A program made the position numbers and the translations under genes. Below, in pieces: positions 37,722 through 47,324 of a DNA stretch of 64,000 nt. Below the pieces are notes generated by a model. The model did no database searches, had not been told where the DNA came from, and worked only from the letters and a program-made list of their open reading frames with translations. Origin of the DNA: an uncultured Roseicyclus sp. (GTDB lineage Bacteria; Pseudomonadota; Alphaproteobacteria; Rhodobacterales; Rhodobacteraceae); NCBI GenBank assembly GCA_937139335.1, contig CAKZPN010000006.1, positions 59,959-123,958 of the forward strand, read 5' to 3'. Each line of letters begins with the position of its first letter. Position 1 is the stretch's first letter.

Positions 37722-38215
37722 AGACCGAACTGACCATCAACGGCCGATCCCGCGCAATCGACGTGGAGCCTCGCATGACCCTGCTCGACGCTCTGCGCGA
37801 CGCGGCCGGTCTGAAAGGCACCCACGCCGGATGCGAGCACGGTGTCTGCGGCGCCTGCACGGTCATCGTGGACGGGGATGCGGTGCGATCCTGCCTGATG
37901 TTCGCGGTGCAATGCGACGGCATGGAGATCACCACGATCGAGGGTGTTGCCGCCGACCCCGGCGAACTCGACGTGGTGCAGGACAGCTTTTGCGAGACCC
38001 ACGGGCTGCAATGCGGGTATTGCACGCCGGGGATGGTGCTGGCGGCCAAGGCGCTCCTAGCGGTGGAGAAAGACCCGAGCGACGAGCAGATCCGCGACGC
38101 GATCTCCGGCAACATCTGCCGCTGCACCGGCTACGGCCAGATCGTGGAGGCGATCCGGCTGGCCGCAAAACGCCTGCGCGAAAGCAACACGGCAGCGATG
38201 GAGGCGGGCGAATGA
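37718..38215 (+). CDS. molybdenum hydroxylase (2Fe-2S) small (CoxS-like) subunit
   Basis: ATGA overlap with the preceding gene. GCEHGVCGACTV and QCGYCTPG...NICRCTGY cluster motifs. Confidence 0.95.
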   Translation: MKTELTINGRSRAIDVEPRMTLLDALRDAAGLKGTHAGCEHGVCGACTVIVDGDAVRSCLMFAVQCDGMEITTIEGVAADPGELDVVQDSFCETHGLQCGYCTPGMVLAAKALLAVEKDPSDEQIRDAISGNICRCTGYGQIVEAIRLAAKRLRESNTAAMEAGE

Positions 38216-40614
38216 GCGGACCCGCCAAGCTGTTCCAAGGCAAGTATGTCTCGACCGACCGCCGCGTCCGCGAGGATCCGCGCTTCGTCGCGGGCCATGG
38301 CCGCTTCGTGCAGGACATCGACCGTCCCGGCATGCTTCATGTCGCGCTCGTGGCGGCCCAGGCGCCGGCCGCGCGGATCGTGAAGATCGACCCTTCCGCC
38401 GCCTTGGCGATGGAGGGCGTGGTCGACGTGATCGACGGGGCGGAGCTGTCCGCCGCGGTGAACCCGCTGATGAACGGGCTCGACACGCCCAAGGTGCAGC
38501 GGTTTCCGCTCGCAGTGGGGCAGAACCGCTATGCCGGCGAATGGGTCGCCGCCGTGGTGGCCGAGACCCGCGCGCTGGCCGAGGATGCGGCCGAGAAGGT
38601 CCGGGTCGAAACCGAGAAGCTCGGCTTTGTCATCGACGCCGAACAGGCGCTGGAGGAGGGGGCGACGCCGGTCCACCCCGAACACGGCTCGAACCTGCTG
38701 CTCGACCGCACCTTCGACTGGGGTCCGGTGGACGAGGATTTCGCCCGCAGCGACGACAGCCTCAAGCTGCGCGTGACCTGGGGCCGCAACTCGACCGTGC
38801 CCATCGAGACCTTCGGCGTGATCTGCGAATGGAACGCCTGGGAAAAGGTGCTCGACGTCTGGGCCTCGATCCAGATGCCGAAATACGCCGACCAGATCGC
38901 CCGCGCCCTGAAGCTGCACGGCAACGAGGTGCGGGTGCATTACGACGTCGACGTCGGCGGCTCATACGGGGTGAAACGCGGGATCAAGCAGACGGTGCTG
39001 GCCGGCTACCTTGCGCGCAAGCTTGGCCGCCCGGTGCGGCTGATCGAAGACCGGCTGGAAAACATGCGCTCGGGCGACGCCCATGGCCCCGAGCGGATCT
39101 TCGACATCGAGGTCGCCTTTGACCGCGACGGCACGGTGAACGCGATGCGGATGCGCGCGCTGGACAATGCCGGCGCCTATGCCGGCCGCGCGCCGTTCCA
39201 GCTCGGCAAGCCCATCGGCGCGATCGTCGGACCCTACCGCATCAACTCGGTGCAATACCGTGCGATGTCGGTGACGACGAACAAGGCGGTGCAGGAGGCG
39301 GTGCGCGGCTTTGGCCAGGCGCCGACGAATTACGCCATCGAGACCATGATGGACCGCGTGGCCGATCACCTCGGCATCGACCGGCTGGACCTGCGCCAGA
39401 AGAACCTGATCCGGCCCGATGAATTTCCCTACGAGATCCCGTCGGGCAGCAAGTACGATTCCGGCGACTACCAGGCCGTCATCGCGAAGGTTCTGGAGCA
39501 GGGCGACTACGACGGCATGAGGGCCGAGCGCGACCGGCTGCGCGCCGAGGGGATGTGCGCGGGCATCGGCGTCGCTGCCTGCCTCGAGCCCTCGGGCGGA
39601 AATTCGTCCTTCGAGCCGCTGCTGAACCCCGCCAACCGCACCTCCACCTGGATGGAGGGGAGCCGCGTGAACATCGACGCGCTGGGTGACGTGACCGTGG
39701 CGATCCACACCACGAGCTCGGGGCAGGGGCACGAGACGCTGGCCGCGACCGTGGTGGGCGAGGTTCTGGGTGTCGATCCCGACCGCGTGCGCGTGGTGCG
39801 GCCCGACAGCCTCGGCTCGCTGCCCGGCAACTCGCCGGTCGGCAGCCGCATGGCGATCATGCTGGGGGGCGCGGCGGCCAATGCTGCGCGCGACATCATC
39901 CGCCAGGCCATCGCCATCGGGGCGCACCTGATGGATGCCGACCCCGGTGATTGTTCCTACGACAGCGGCACCGTGATCGGGCCGGGCGGCGCGGAGATCG
40001 CCTGGACCGAGATCGTGGATGTCGCCCACCGCCGCTTCCACGACCTGCCCAAGGGCACAAACCCCGGGCTGACCGCCAGCTTCATTCAGCAGGTCCCGAC
40101 CGGCGAAACCCTGCCGAAGGACGGCAAGGCGCAGATGTATCCGTGCTATTCCTTCGAATTCCACCTCGTGCTGGTGGCCTTCGCCCCGGTTCTCGCCAAG
40201 CCCGAGCTGCGCCGCTATGTCATCGGGCACGACTGCGGCACTGTCATCAACCCGCACATCGTGAAGGGCATGACGCTCGGCGGTATCGCCCATGGCATCG
40301 GCGCGACGCTGCTGGAGGAATTCGCCTATGACGGCGAGGGGCAGCTGATGACGCAAAGCTTCCTCGACTACCTCATGCCGTCGAGCCACGAGGTGCCCGA
40401 GGTGCAGATCGTGAAGCACTGCACACCCTCGCCGCTGACCGAGTTCGGCCAGAAGGGATCGGGCGAAAGCGGCTATCTTGGCTCGCCCGCCGCGATCTCC
40501 GGCGCCATCCACGACGCGCTCAAGCCCTGGGGCATCCACCTGAACAAGCTGCCGATCCGCATGGCCGCGATCAGCGACGCGATCGCGGCGGCGGAAGAGA
40601 AAGGACACCCATGA
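38212..40614 (+). CDS. xanthine dehydrogenase/CoxL-family molybdopterin-binding large subunit (not form I CO dehydrogenase)
   Basis: ATG at 38212 (ATGA overlap); 800 aa. RGFGQAPTNYAIE and GSGESGYLGSPAAISGAIHDAL blocks are present. I found neither the VAYRCSFR nor the AYRGAGR active-site loop. It has a GGSYGVKRG motif where GGGFGGK is usual. Confidence 0.9.
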   Translation: MSGPAKLFQGKYVSTDRRVREDPRFVAGHGRFVQDIDRPGMLHVALVAAQAPAARIVKIDPSAALAMEGVVDVIDGAELSAAVNPLMNGLDTPKVQRFPLAVGQNRYAGEWVAAVVAETRALAEDAAEKVRVETEKLGFVIDAEQALEEGATPVHPEHGSNLLLDRTFDWGPVDEDFARSDDSLKLRVTWGRNSTVPIETFGVICEWNAWEKVLDVWASIQMPKYADQIARALKLHGNEVRVHYDVDVGGSYGVKRGIKQTVLAGYLARKLGRPVRLIEDRLENMRSGDAHGPERIFDIEVAFDRDGTVNAMRMRALDNAGAYAGRAPFQLGKPIGAIVGPYRINSVQYRAMSVTTNKAVQEAVRGFGQAPTNYAIETMMDRVADHLGIDRLDLRQKNLIRPDEFPYEIPSGSKYDSGDYQAVIAKVLEQGDYDGMRAERDRLRAEGMCAGIGVAACLEPSGGNSSFEPLLNPANRTSTWMEGSRVNIDALGDVTVAIHTTSSGQGHETLAATVVGEVLGVDPDRVRVVRPDSLGSLPGNSPVGSRMAIMLGGAAANAARDIIRQAIAIGAHLMDADPGDCSYDSGTVIGPGGAEIAWTEIVDVAHRRFHDLPKGTNPGLTASFIQQVPTGETLPKDGKAQMYPCYSFEFHLVLVAFAPVLAKPELRRYVIGHDCGTVINPHIVKGMTLGGIAHGIGATLLEEFAYDGEGQLMTQSFLDYLMPSSHEVPEVQIVKHCTPSPLTEFGQKGSGESGYLGSPAAISGAIHDALKPWGIHLNKLPIRMAAISDAIAAAEEKGHP

Positions 40615-41591
40615 TCATCGACGCCCACGCCCACCTCGTCCCGCCCTCGCTGCTCGAGGAATTGCAGGACCGCGCGACCGATTTTCCCGCCGTCGCGATC
40701 GCGCCCAAGGACGGGTCGGTGACATTCTCCTTTGCCGGCAAGAAGGCGACGCGGCCGGTGTCGCCCGGCCTCACCAACCTCGACAAGCGCATCGCCTGGA
40801 TGGATGCTCAGGGGATCGACCGGCAGGTGGTGGCAGGCTGGCTCGACATGTTCGGCAACGACCTGCCCGCCGCGGAAGGCGCGGAATGGGCGCGGACGAT
40901 CAACCGACACTTGAAGCAGGCCGAGGCCGACAGCGGAGGGCGCTTTGCGGGCCTTGCCGTGCTGCCGACGCAGGATGGCGAGCTGGCCGCGCAGGTGCTG
41001 CGCGAGGCGCATGAGGCGGGGTTTTCCGGCACCATGATCGGCACCCAGCCCGACAACGGCGGCGGCGAGCTGGACAACCCGGCGCTCGACCCGTTCTGGC
41101 AGGCGGCGCACGAGCTGGGTTCCATCGTCGCGATCCACCCGGTCTTCGACGCGGGCGACGCGCGGGTGCGCGACTGGGGCATGCCCAACGCACTCGGCCG
41201 GATCACCGACAGCCTGATCGCGGTGACGCGGATCATCTACTCGGGCCATGTCGAGAAATATTCCAACGCGAAGATCGTGGTCGGCATCGGCGGCGCGGCC
41301 TTGCCCTACGTGATTGGCCGACTGGCCCATAATCACAAGCTGCACCCAGAAGACATGGCCGACCCGGTCAAGGCGATGTCGATGCTCTACTATGATACGC
41401 TGCTGCATGACCCGAAGGCGCTGCAACTGCTGATCGACACGGTGGGCGCGGACCGGATCATGCTGGGCTCGGACATGCCGTTCCCGATCTGCGATCCGAC
41501 GCCGCTGGCCATTCTCGATGGCGTGAACCTGTCCGAAGCGGACCGGGCCAGCATCGAGCACGGCCTGGCCGAACGGCTGATGCGCGGGTGA
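40611..41591 (+). CDS. amidohydrolase_2 (ACMSD/LigW-like) family protein
   Basis: ATGA overlap with the large subunit. MIIDAHAHLVP (HxH metal motif) and a C-terminal GSDMPFP block. Confidence 0.9.
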   Translation: MIIDAHAHLVPPSLLEELQDRATDFPAVAIAPKDGSVTFSFAGKKATRPVSPGLTNLDKRIAWMDAQGIDRQVVAGWLDMFGNDLPAAEGAEWARTINRHLKQAEADSGGRFAGLAVLPTQDGELAAQVLREAHEAGFSGTMIGTQPDNGGGELDNPALDPFWQAAHELGSIVAIHPVFDAGDARVRDWGMPNALGRITDSLIAVTRIIYSGHVEKYSNAKIVVGIGGAALPYVIGRLAHNHKLHPEDMADPVKAMSMLYYDTLLHDPKALQLLIDTVGADRIMLGSDMPFPICDPTPLAILDGVNLSEADRASIEHGLAERLMRG

Positions 41592-41604
41592 TGGAGGGCA
41601 CGCG

Positions 41605-42066
41605 ATGAAGATGGAGCTTTCCGGCACCGAGGAGATCAACGCCACCCCGCAGGCGCTGTGGGATGGGCTGACCGACCCCGACGTGCTGCAAAAATGCATC
41701 CCCGGCTGCAAGGAGATGACGGCAACCGGTCCCGATGCCTACGACATGAAGCTGCAACTGAAGGTCGCGGCCGTCGGCGGCTCCTTCGACGGCAAGGTGC
41801 GGCTGCACGACAAATCCGAACCCGACACCTGCCACATCGAGGTGTCGGGCGGTGGCTCGCTCGGCACCGGCGAGGGCCGGGCGCAGTTCGCCATCGCCGA
41901 CGCCGGCGCGGGCAAATCGACGCTCAGCTACGAGGGCGAGGGCGAGATCGGCGGGCTGGTCGCGGGTGTCGGGCAGCGGGTGCTGAAATCGGTCGCCAAG
42001 CATCTGACAAAACAGTTCTTCACGGCGCTGCGAAAGCACTTCGAGGAGCACGACGCGACAGCCTGA
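41605..42066 (+). CDS. coxG: CoxG-like SRPBCC protein
   Basis: 153 aa with the pattern GTEEINATPQALWDGLTDPDVLQKCIPGC...G.G.IGG..A.VGQR, characteristic of CoxG. Confidence 0.85.
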   Translation: MKMELSGTEEINATPQALWDGLTDPDVLQKCIPGCKEMTATGPDAYDMKLQLKVAAVGGSFDGKVRLHDKSEPDTCHIEVSGGGSLGTGEGRAQFAIADAGAGKSTLSYEGEGEIGGLVAGVGQRVLKSVAKHLTKQFFTALRKHFEEHDATA

Positions 42067-42105
42067 CGGGCAATCTTCAAGACGCCGATGGGAGGAGAGG
42101 CGCTG

Positions 42106-42909
42106 ATGATGGTAGACACGCACAGGATCACGACCGGGGCCGGGCATGGCCTCTGCATCTCGCGGCGCGAGGGTGCGGGCCTGCCGGTGCTGTTCCTGAA
42201 TTCCTTTGCCGCCGATCACACCATGTGGGACGCGGTGCGCGCCCGCATGGGGCGGACGACAATTGCCTATGATGCGCGCGGCCACGGCGCCTCGGACGTC
42301 GCGGGCCATGACCTGACGGTTGCGGATCTGGCCGCCGACGCGAAGGCGGTGATCGCGGCGGAAGGTCTGCGCGACGTGGTGCTGTGCGGCCTGTCGCTGG
42401 GCGGTCTCACGGCGATGGCGCTGGCCGCCGACCCCTCGGTTTCCGTCAGGGGGCTGGTGCTCGCGAACACAGCGGTGAATTTCCCCCCCGCCTCGATGTG
42501 GCAGGACCGCGCGAAGACCGTCCTGTCGGGCGGCTATTCCGGCCTGATCGAGCCGACGCTGGAGCGCTGGCTGACCGAGGGCTGGCGTGCGTCGCATCCC
42601 GAGGAGCTGGCCCGCGCGCGCGCTATGCTGGAGTCCATGCCGCCGCAAGGCTACGCCGACGCTTGCGCCGCACTGGCCAGCGCCGACACCTCGGCCGAGC
42701 TTGCGGGTTGGGCTGGCCCGACGCTGATCATCGCGGGGGCGCATGACGCCTCCTCCCCCGTCGCGCGGGCCGAGGAGATGCGGGGCATCGCGCAGGACGC
42801 GCGGCTGGTGGTGCTGGACGCGGCCCATGTCTCGGCCATCGAGGCGCCGGAGGCATTCGCTCACGCGTTGGAGGGCTTCGTGGCAGAGCTGGAGGCCACC
42901 CATGCCTGA
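42106..42909 (+). CDS. alpha/beta hydrolase (3-oxoadipate enol-lactonase-like)
   Basis: ATG at 42106 with GGAGGAGAGG upstream (alternative ATG at 42088). GLSLGG nucleophile elbow and a C-terminal DAAHVS histidine region. Confidence 0.85.
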   Translation: MMVDTHRITTGAGHGLCISRREGAGLPVLFLNSFAADHTMWDAVRARMGRTTIAYDARGHGASDVAGHDLTVADLAADAKAVIAAEGLRDVVLCGLSLGGLTAMALAADPSVSVRGLVLANTAVNFPPASMWQDRAKTVLSGGYSGLIEPTLERWLTEGWRASHPEELARARAMLESMPPQGYADACAALASADTSAELAGWAGPTLIIAGAHDASSPVARAEEMRGIAQDARLVVLDAAHVSAIEAPEAFAHALEGFVAELEATHA

Positions 42910-43504
42910 TCCGCGCCGCGTCATCATCGGGATCACCGGGGCGTCCGGGACGCTTCTGGGCATCCGCCTGCTCGAACTGTTGCGCGACGTGCCGGATGTC
43001 GAGACGCATCTGGTGATGTCGCCCGCCGCCGTGCGGACCATGCTGATCGAGACCGACTACACCGCCGACGCCGTCAACGCGATGGCCGACGTCACGCACA
43101 GCTTCAAGGACATCGGCGCCTCGATCGCCTCGGGCAGCTTCAAGTCCGAGGGCATGATCATCGCGCCCTGCTCGGTGAAGACGCTGGGCGCCATCGCCGG
43201 CTGCCTGACCGACGACCTGATCTCGCGCGCCGCCGATGTCTGCCTGAAGGAACGCCGCCGTGTGGTGCTGATGTTCCGCGAGACGCCGCTGCATGCGGGC
43301 CATATCCGCGTAATGAAAGAGGCGACCGAGGCGGGCGCGATCGTGATGCCGGCGGTGGTCGGCCTCTACTACCAGCCGAAATCGGTGCTGGAGATGGTCG
43401 ATCACCTGGCCGGCCGCGCGCTCGACCTGATCGGCATCGACGCGGGAACCGTGAAGCGCTGGCAGGGCCAGCCTGGAAAAGCCGACGAGGGAGACACAAG
43501 ATGA
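42902..43504 (+). CDS. ubiX: flavin prenyltransferase UbiX (prFMN synthase)
   Basis: In-frame ATG at 42902, an 8-nt overlap with the hydrolase gene. IIGITGASG...ETHLVMS...SGSF...IAPCS.KTL..IA......L..RAADV.LKERR..VL..RETPLH matches E. coli UbiX throughout. Confidence 0.95.
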   Translation: MPDPRRVIIGITGASGTLLGIRLLELLRDVPDVETHLVMSPAAVRTMLIETDYTADAVNAMADVTHSFKDIGASIASGSFKSEGMIIAPCSVKTLGAIAGCLTDDLISRAADVCLKERRRVVLMFRETPLHAGHIRVMKEATEAGAIVMPAVVGLYYQPKSVLEMVDHLAGRALDLIGIDAGTVKRWQGQPGKADEGDTR

Positions 43505-45153
43505 AGGACGGCGTGACCCGCGGATACCGCGACCTGCACGACCACATCGCCGCGCTGGACGAGGCGGGGCTGCTGCGCCGCATCGACCGGCCCATCGACA
43601 AGGATGCCGAGATGCACCCGCTGGTGCGCTGGCAATATGTCGGCGGCCTGCAGGAGGATGACCGCAAGGCGTTCCTGTTCACGAACATCCGCGACGGCAA
43701 GGGGCGGGCCTACGACATCCCCGTCATCGTTGGCGGCATGGCGGCCAACCGTGCGGTTTACGCCACCGGCATGCGTTGCGATCTGGACGACATCAAGACC
43801 AAGTGGGACAGCGCCATTGCCAACCCGGTGAAGCCGGTGGAGGTCGAGAACGCGCCCTGCCACGAGATCGTGGAAGAGGGCGAGATCCTCGCGCAGGAAG
43901 GCCACGGCATCGATATCCTGCCGATCCCGGTCTCCACGCCCGGCTTCGACAGCGCGCCGACCTTGTCGGCCACCAATGTCATCTCGAAGGACCCCGAGGA
44001 CGGGATCCAGAACATGGGCACCTATCGCTGTGCGCTGAAGGCGCCGGATCGGCTGGTGGTGCGCATGGCGACCCGCGTCGGCGGCGCCGGTGGCTACCAG
44101 CATTACCTCAAGCACCAGGCTGCCGGCGACACCGAGATGCCGGTCGCCATCGTGCTGGGCTGCCCGCCCTACGTGGCCTTCATGGGGCCGCAGAAATTGC
44201 CCATCGGCGTCGATGAATTCGATGTCGCGGGCGGCCTGGCGGGCGAACCGATCAACGTGGTCCGCGCGCGCACGGTGCCGCTGATGGTGCCGGCCGAGGC
44301 CGAGGTGGTGATCGAGGGCTACATCGACGTCACCAAGGTCGAGCCCGAGGGGCCCTTCGGCGAAAGCCACGGGCACGTGGCGCTGGAAGAATACAACATG
44401 CCGATGCGGGTTACGGCGGTGACGCGGCGCAAGGATGCGGTCATCCCCTCCTACATCAGTCAGGTCGCGCCGTCGGAAAGCTCCGTCATCAAGCGCGTGG
44501 CCTACGAGCCGTTGTTCACGCATCACCTGAAGTCGACGCTCTCGATCAAGGGCGTGAAGAAAGTGTCGCTGCACGAGCCGCTGACCGGCCTGTTGCGCGT
44601 GACCGTGGTGACGATCGAGCCCGGAACGCCCCGGACCGAGATCTGGCGCGCCCTGCACGGTGCCGCCTTTTTCAAGGGAGACTGCGGCAAGATCTGCATC
44701 GCGGTGAACGACGACATCGACGTCGACAGCCCGGATTCCATCCTCTGGGCCATGGCCTATCGCACCAACCCGGTCGAGGACATGGAATTGGTCCCGCATC
44801 GGGGACAAGGCCACGGACCCAAGCGCGAGCATGACGGCGAGGAGGATTCGTCGCTTCTGGTCGACGCCACGATGAAGTCGCCGATGCCGCCGCTCGCGCT
44901 TCCGGCGCGTCCGTTCATGGAAAACGCCAAGGCGATCTGGGAGGAGCTCGATCTTCCGCGCCTGACGCCGCAGTCACCCTGGCACGGCTATTCGCTGGGC
45001 GCCTGGCACCGGATCTGGGACGCAGCCGCCGACCGCGCCGCGTCCGGCAACTACCTCGAGAACGGCAAGATCAGCGCCGGGTTGCAGGTTGGCGGGCTGA
45101 AACCGGAAAGCCGCGTCGATCCTGACGAAAGTGAACGCAAGATGAAGGGCTGA
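43501..45153 (+). CDS. UbiD family (prFMN-dependent) decarboxylase
   Basis: ATGA overlap with ubiX; 550 aa. The EGPFGESHGH block corresponds to UbiD EGPFGDHTGY, and the N-terminal DLHDHIAALDEAGLLRRIDRPIDKDAEMHPLVRWQY is typical of the family. Confidence 0.9.
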   Translation: MKDGVTRGYRDLHDHIAALDEAGLLRRIDRPIDKDAEMHPLVRWQYVGGLQEDDRKAFLFTNIRDGKGRAYDIPVIVGGMAANRAVYATGMRCDLDDIKTKWDSAIANPVKPVEVENAPCHEIVEEGEILAQEGHGIDILPIPVSTPGFDSAPTLSATNVISKDPEDGIQNMGTYRCALKAPDRLVVRMATRVGGAGGYQHYLKHQAAGDTEMPVAIVLGCPPYVAFMGPQKLPIGVDEFDVAGGLAGEPINVVRARTVPLMVPAEAEVVIEGYIDVTKVEPEGPFGESHGHVALEEYNMPMRVTAVTRRKDAVIPSYISQVAPSESSVIKRVAYEPLFTHHLKSTLSIKGVKKVSLHEPLTGLLRVTVVTIEPGTPRTEIWRALHGAAFFKGDCGKICIAVNDDIDVDSPDSILWAMAYRTNPVEDMELVPHRGQGHGPKREHDGEEDSSLLVDATMKSPMPPLALPARPFMENAKAIWEELDLPRLTPQSPWHGYSLGAWHRIWDAAADRAASGNYLENGKISAGLQVGGLKPESRVDPDESERKMKG

Positions 45154-45193
45154 AAGGCACATTAACGGTTTACGAAGCTGCCACAGCAATGTT

Positions 45194-45216
45194 CGTATGG
45201 AGCCATACGGTATGGC
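45194..45216. promoter_or_regulatory. interlocked GTATGG/CCATAC/GTATGG repeats (candidate operator or internal promoter element)
   Basis: cGTATGG-ag-CCATAC-g-GTATGGc forms two overlapping 7-bp inverted repeats. It sits in the 83-nt AT-rich gap between ubiD and the Rieske gene. Confidence 0.3.
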
Positions 45217-45236
45217 ATCAGACGAAAGGAAACGCC

Positions 45237-45602
45237 ATGGAAGAGATACGCATTTGCGGACGTGACGAGATACCCGACGGCGGTGCGCGCATCGTCGAGA
45301 TCGGGCGGCTCGAGATCGGGGTGATCCGGCACAAGGATACCTTTTACGCCTATCGCAACCTCTGCCCGCACCAGGGCGGCCCGGCCTGCGAAGGCGTGCG
45401 CATGGCAGGCGTGGTCGACCTCGTTGAAGCCGACGGCAGCTACCACGGCCAGCAGTTCGACGAAGGCGACATGCACATCGTCTGCCCGTGGCACGGCTAC
45501 GAGTATCACCTCGAGACCGGGGTGAACGTCTGCGACGCGAAGCTGAAGCTGCGCAAGTTCGAGGTGAAGGAGAAGGGGGGCGACATCTATGTCTGCATCT
45601 GA
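45237..45602 (+). CDS. small Rieske (2Fe-2S) domain protein
   Basis: ATG at 45237 (AAAGGAAA upstream); 121 aa. CPH ... CPWH ligand pairs are separated by 37 residues. Confidence 0.85.
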   Translation: MEEIRICGRDEIPDGGARIVEIGRLEIGVIRHKDTFYAYRNLCPHQGGPACEGVRMAGVVDLVEADGSYHGQQFDEGDMHIVCPWHGYEYHLETGVNVCDAKLKLRKFEVKEKGGDIYVCI

Positions 45603-45939
45603 CCCCGCCACCGGCTTTGCCGAGACCGCCAGCACCCTGTCCGCGCTGATCGACGATGCCATCGCCGAGGGCGCCATCGACCGGCTCGATGACGAGGCGC
45701 TGGGTCAGGCGTTGGCCGCCGCCGTCCGGCTCTACGTCGCCAAGGCCGAAACCGGCGCGCGGCTGATGCCGTTCGGTCGCAACAGTGCCGTCACCGCGAC
45801 CGAGATCGCGGTGGCCGCCATGGCGATGCTCGACGCCGGCCGCATGGAGATCTTCGAGTTGGGCCTGTGGGAGCAGTGGAGCAACATCCGCCCCGCCCGC
45901 CAGACCTCGCTTTCCGACCTGCAGGAGGTGCCCGCATGA
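45589..45939 (+). CDS. hypothetical 116-aa acidic Ala-rich protein, no recognisable domain
   Basis: High GC3. It overlaps the Rieske gene by 14 nt, and its stop overlaps the next start (ATGA at 45936-45939). The position argues for a real, translationally coupled gene. Confidence 0.55.
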   Translation: MSASDPATGFAETASTLSALIDDAIAEGAIDRLDDEALGQALAAAVRLYVAKAETGARLMPFGRNSAVTATEIAVAAMAMLDAGRMEIFELGLWEQWSNIRPARQTSLSDLQEVPA

Positions 45940-47189
45940 CCGTTCAGGACAAGGGGATCACGCAGCATCGCGACATCACCACCGAGCCTTTCGACACCTC
46001 GCGCCACCTCGCCCACGCCCGCCAGCAGGCCGAGGCGCGCAACTATGACGAATTCTTCATCGTCGACGTGGACAGCCACCACTACGAAAACGAGGCCTCG
46101 ACCGAGATCGCGAGCTACGTGCCCAACGACGTGCTGCGCAACGAGATCCTGTACCAGGGGATCAGCCGCAAGGGCATCTCGACCGGGTTCGGGCAATACC
46201 AGGACCTGGGCGGCCGGCTGGTGCGCTACCCCAACCGCAAGAAGGAAGCGGTGCCCGAGACGCCGCACCGCGACGTGACGCTGATGCGGCGGTGGATGGA
46301 TGCGATGGGCGTCGATGTGGCCTGCATGTTCCCCACGCCGCTCCTGAACCTCGGGCTCAGCCCGCGGGTGGATCTCGAGGTGGAACTGGCCTTCGGCTAC
46401 AACCGCTGGCTCTGCGAGCGGGTGCTGTCCGAGGACCGCCGCCTGAAGTCGATGCTTTACCTGCCGTTCAACGACCCCGCCGCCTGCGAACGCACGATCG
46501 AGGAATTCGGCGAGAAACCCGGCGTGATCGGCTTCATGGTCACGACGACGCGCTACCGCGGCGTCTACGACAATGCCTACATGCGGACATACCGGATGCT
46601 GGAGGAACGCGGCCTGCCGCTGGGGTTCCACACCGGGCTCGGCGGACAGGAGCCGGGGCTGTCGACGGCGGCCAACCGCTTCCTCGTGCTGCACGCGCTG
46701 GGCTTCGCCTGGCACAACATGCTGCACCTGTCGAACTGGGTCATCAACGGGCTGCCGGAACGCTTTCCGAAGCTCAAGGTGATGTGGATCGAGGCGGGGC
46801 TGGCGTGGATCCCGTTCCTGATGCAGCGGCTGGATAACGAATACATGATGCGCCACTCCGATGCGCCGCTGCTGAAGAAGAAGCCGTCGGAATACATGCG
46901 CGACATGTACTACACCAGCCAGCCGATGGAGATGGTCGACAACGCCCGCGCGCTGGAACTGACCTTCGACATGATGAACGCGCCGACGCAGCTTCTGTAT
47001 TCGTCGGACTATCCGCATTGGGACATGGATCTGCCGAGCGTGATCTACGATCTGCCGTTCCTCGACGAAGGCGCCAAGCGCAACATCCTGGGCGGCAACG
47101 CGATGGAGCTGTTCGGGCTCGAGCCCGAGCTCGCCGAATGGAAACTCAAGCGACAGAAGGACAAGGAGGCGGCGGGCGCGCGGGGCTGA
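45936..47189 (+). CDS. amidohydrolase_2 family protein (COG2159-like, 417 aa)
   Basis: In-frame ATG at 45936 inside ORF 45867..47189. VDVDSHHYE N-terminal metal motif and a C-terminal SSDYPHWD block. Confidence 0.85.
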   Translation: MTVQDKGITQHRDITTEPFDTSRHLAHARQQAEARNYDEFFIVDVDSHHYENEASTEIASYVPNDVLRNEILYQGISRKGISTGFGQYQDLGGRLVRYPNRKKEAVPETPHRDVTLMRRWMDAMGVDVACMFPTPLLNLGLSPRVDLEVELAFGYNRWLCERVLSEDRRLKSMLYLPFNDPAACERTIEEFGEKPGVIGFMVTTTRYRGVYDNAYMRTYRMLEERGLPLGFHTGLGGQEPGLSTAANRFLVLHALGFAWHNMLHLSNWVINGLPERFPKLKVMWIEAGLAWIPFLMQRLDNEYMMRHSDAPLLKKKPSEYMRDMYYTSQPMEMVDNARALELTFDMMNAPTQLLYSSDYPHWDMDLPSVIYDLPFLDEGAKRNILGGNAMELFGLEPELAEWKLKRQKDKEAAGARG

Positions 47190-47205
47190 CTGGCCCCGGC
47201 CGACG

Positions 47206-47223
47206 CCTGCCGGTCGCGGCAGG
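47206..47223 (+). other. intercistronic stem-loop upstream of tctC
   Basis: CCTGCCG-gtcg-CGGCAGG (7-bp stem), 17 nt after the amidohydrolase stop. No U-tract. Confidence 0.3.
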
Positions 47224-47324
47224 ACAGGAATTCAAGGGGGCGCCAAGACCCCCGCGACGACAGCGGACAGACCGGCAGGAGGGCCGGGACATCCGCTGAA
47301 ATGCAACAGAGGAGGAAGAACACC

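Noticed and set aside
37651-38211. N-terminal 187 codons of the 987-aa ORF 37651..40614.
   Set aside because: They overlap the clear 2Fe-2S subunit gene in another frame. Large-subunit homology starts at MSGPAKLFQGKY (ATG at 38212, with an ATGA overlap).
38212-40614. Aerobic CO dehydrogenase (coxMSL plus coxG), suggested by the gene order.
   Set aside because: The large subunit shows neither the form I loop VAYRCSFR nor the form II AYRGAGR. The operon context (decarboxylases, hydrolases, carboxylate transporter) points to an organic substrate. I therefore call it only a generic Mo-hydroxylase.
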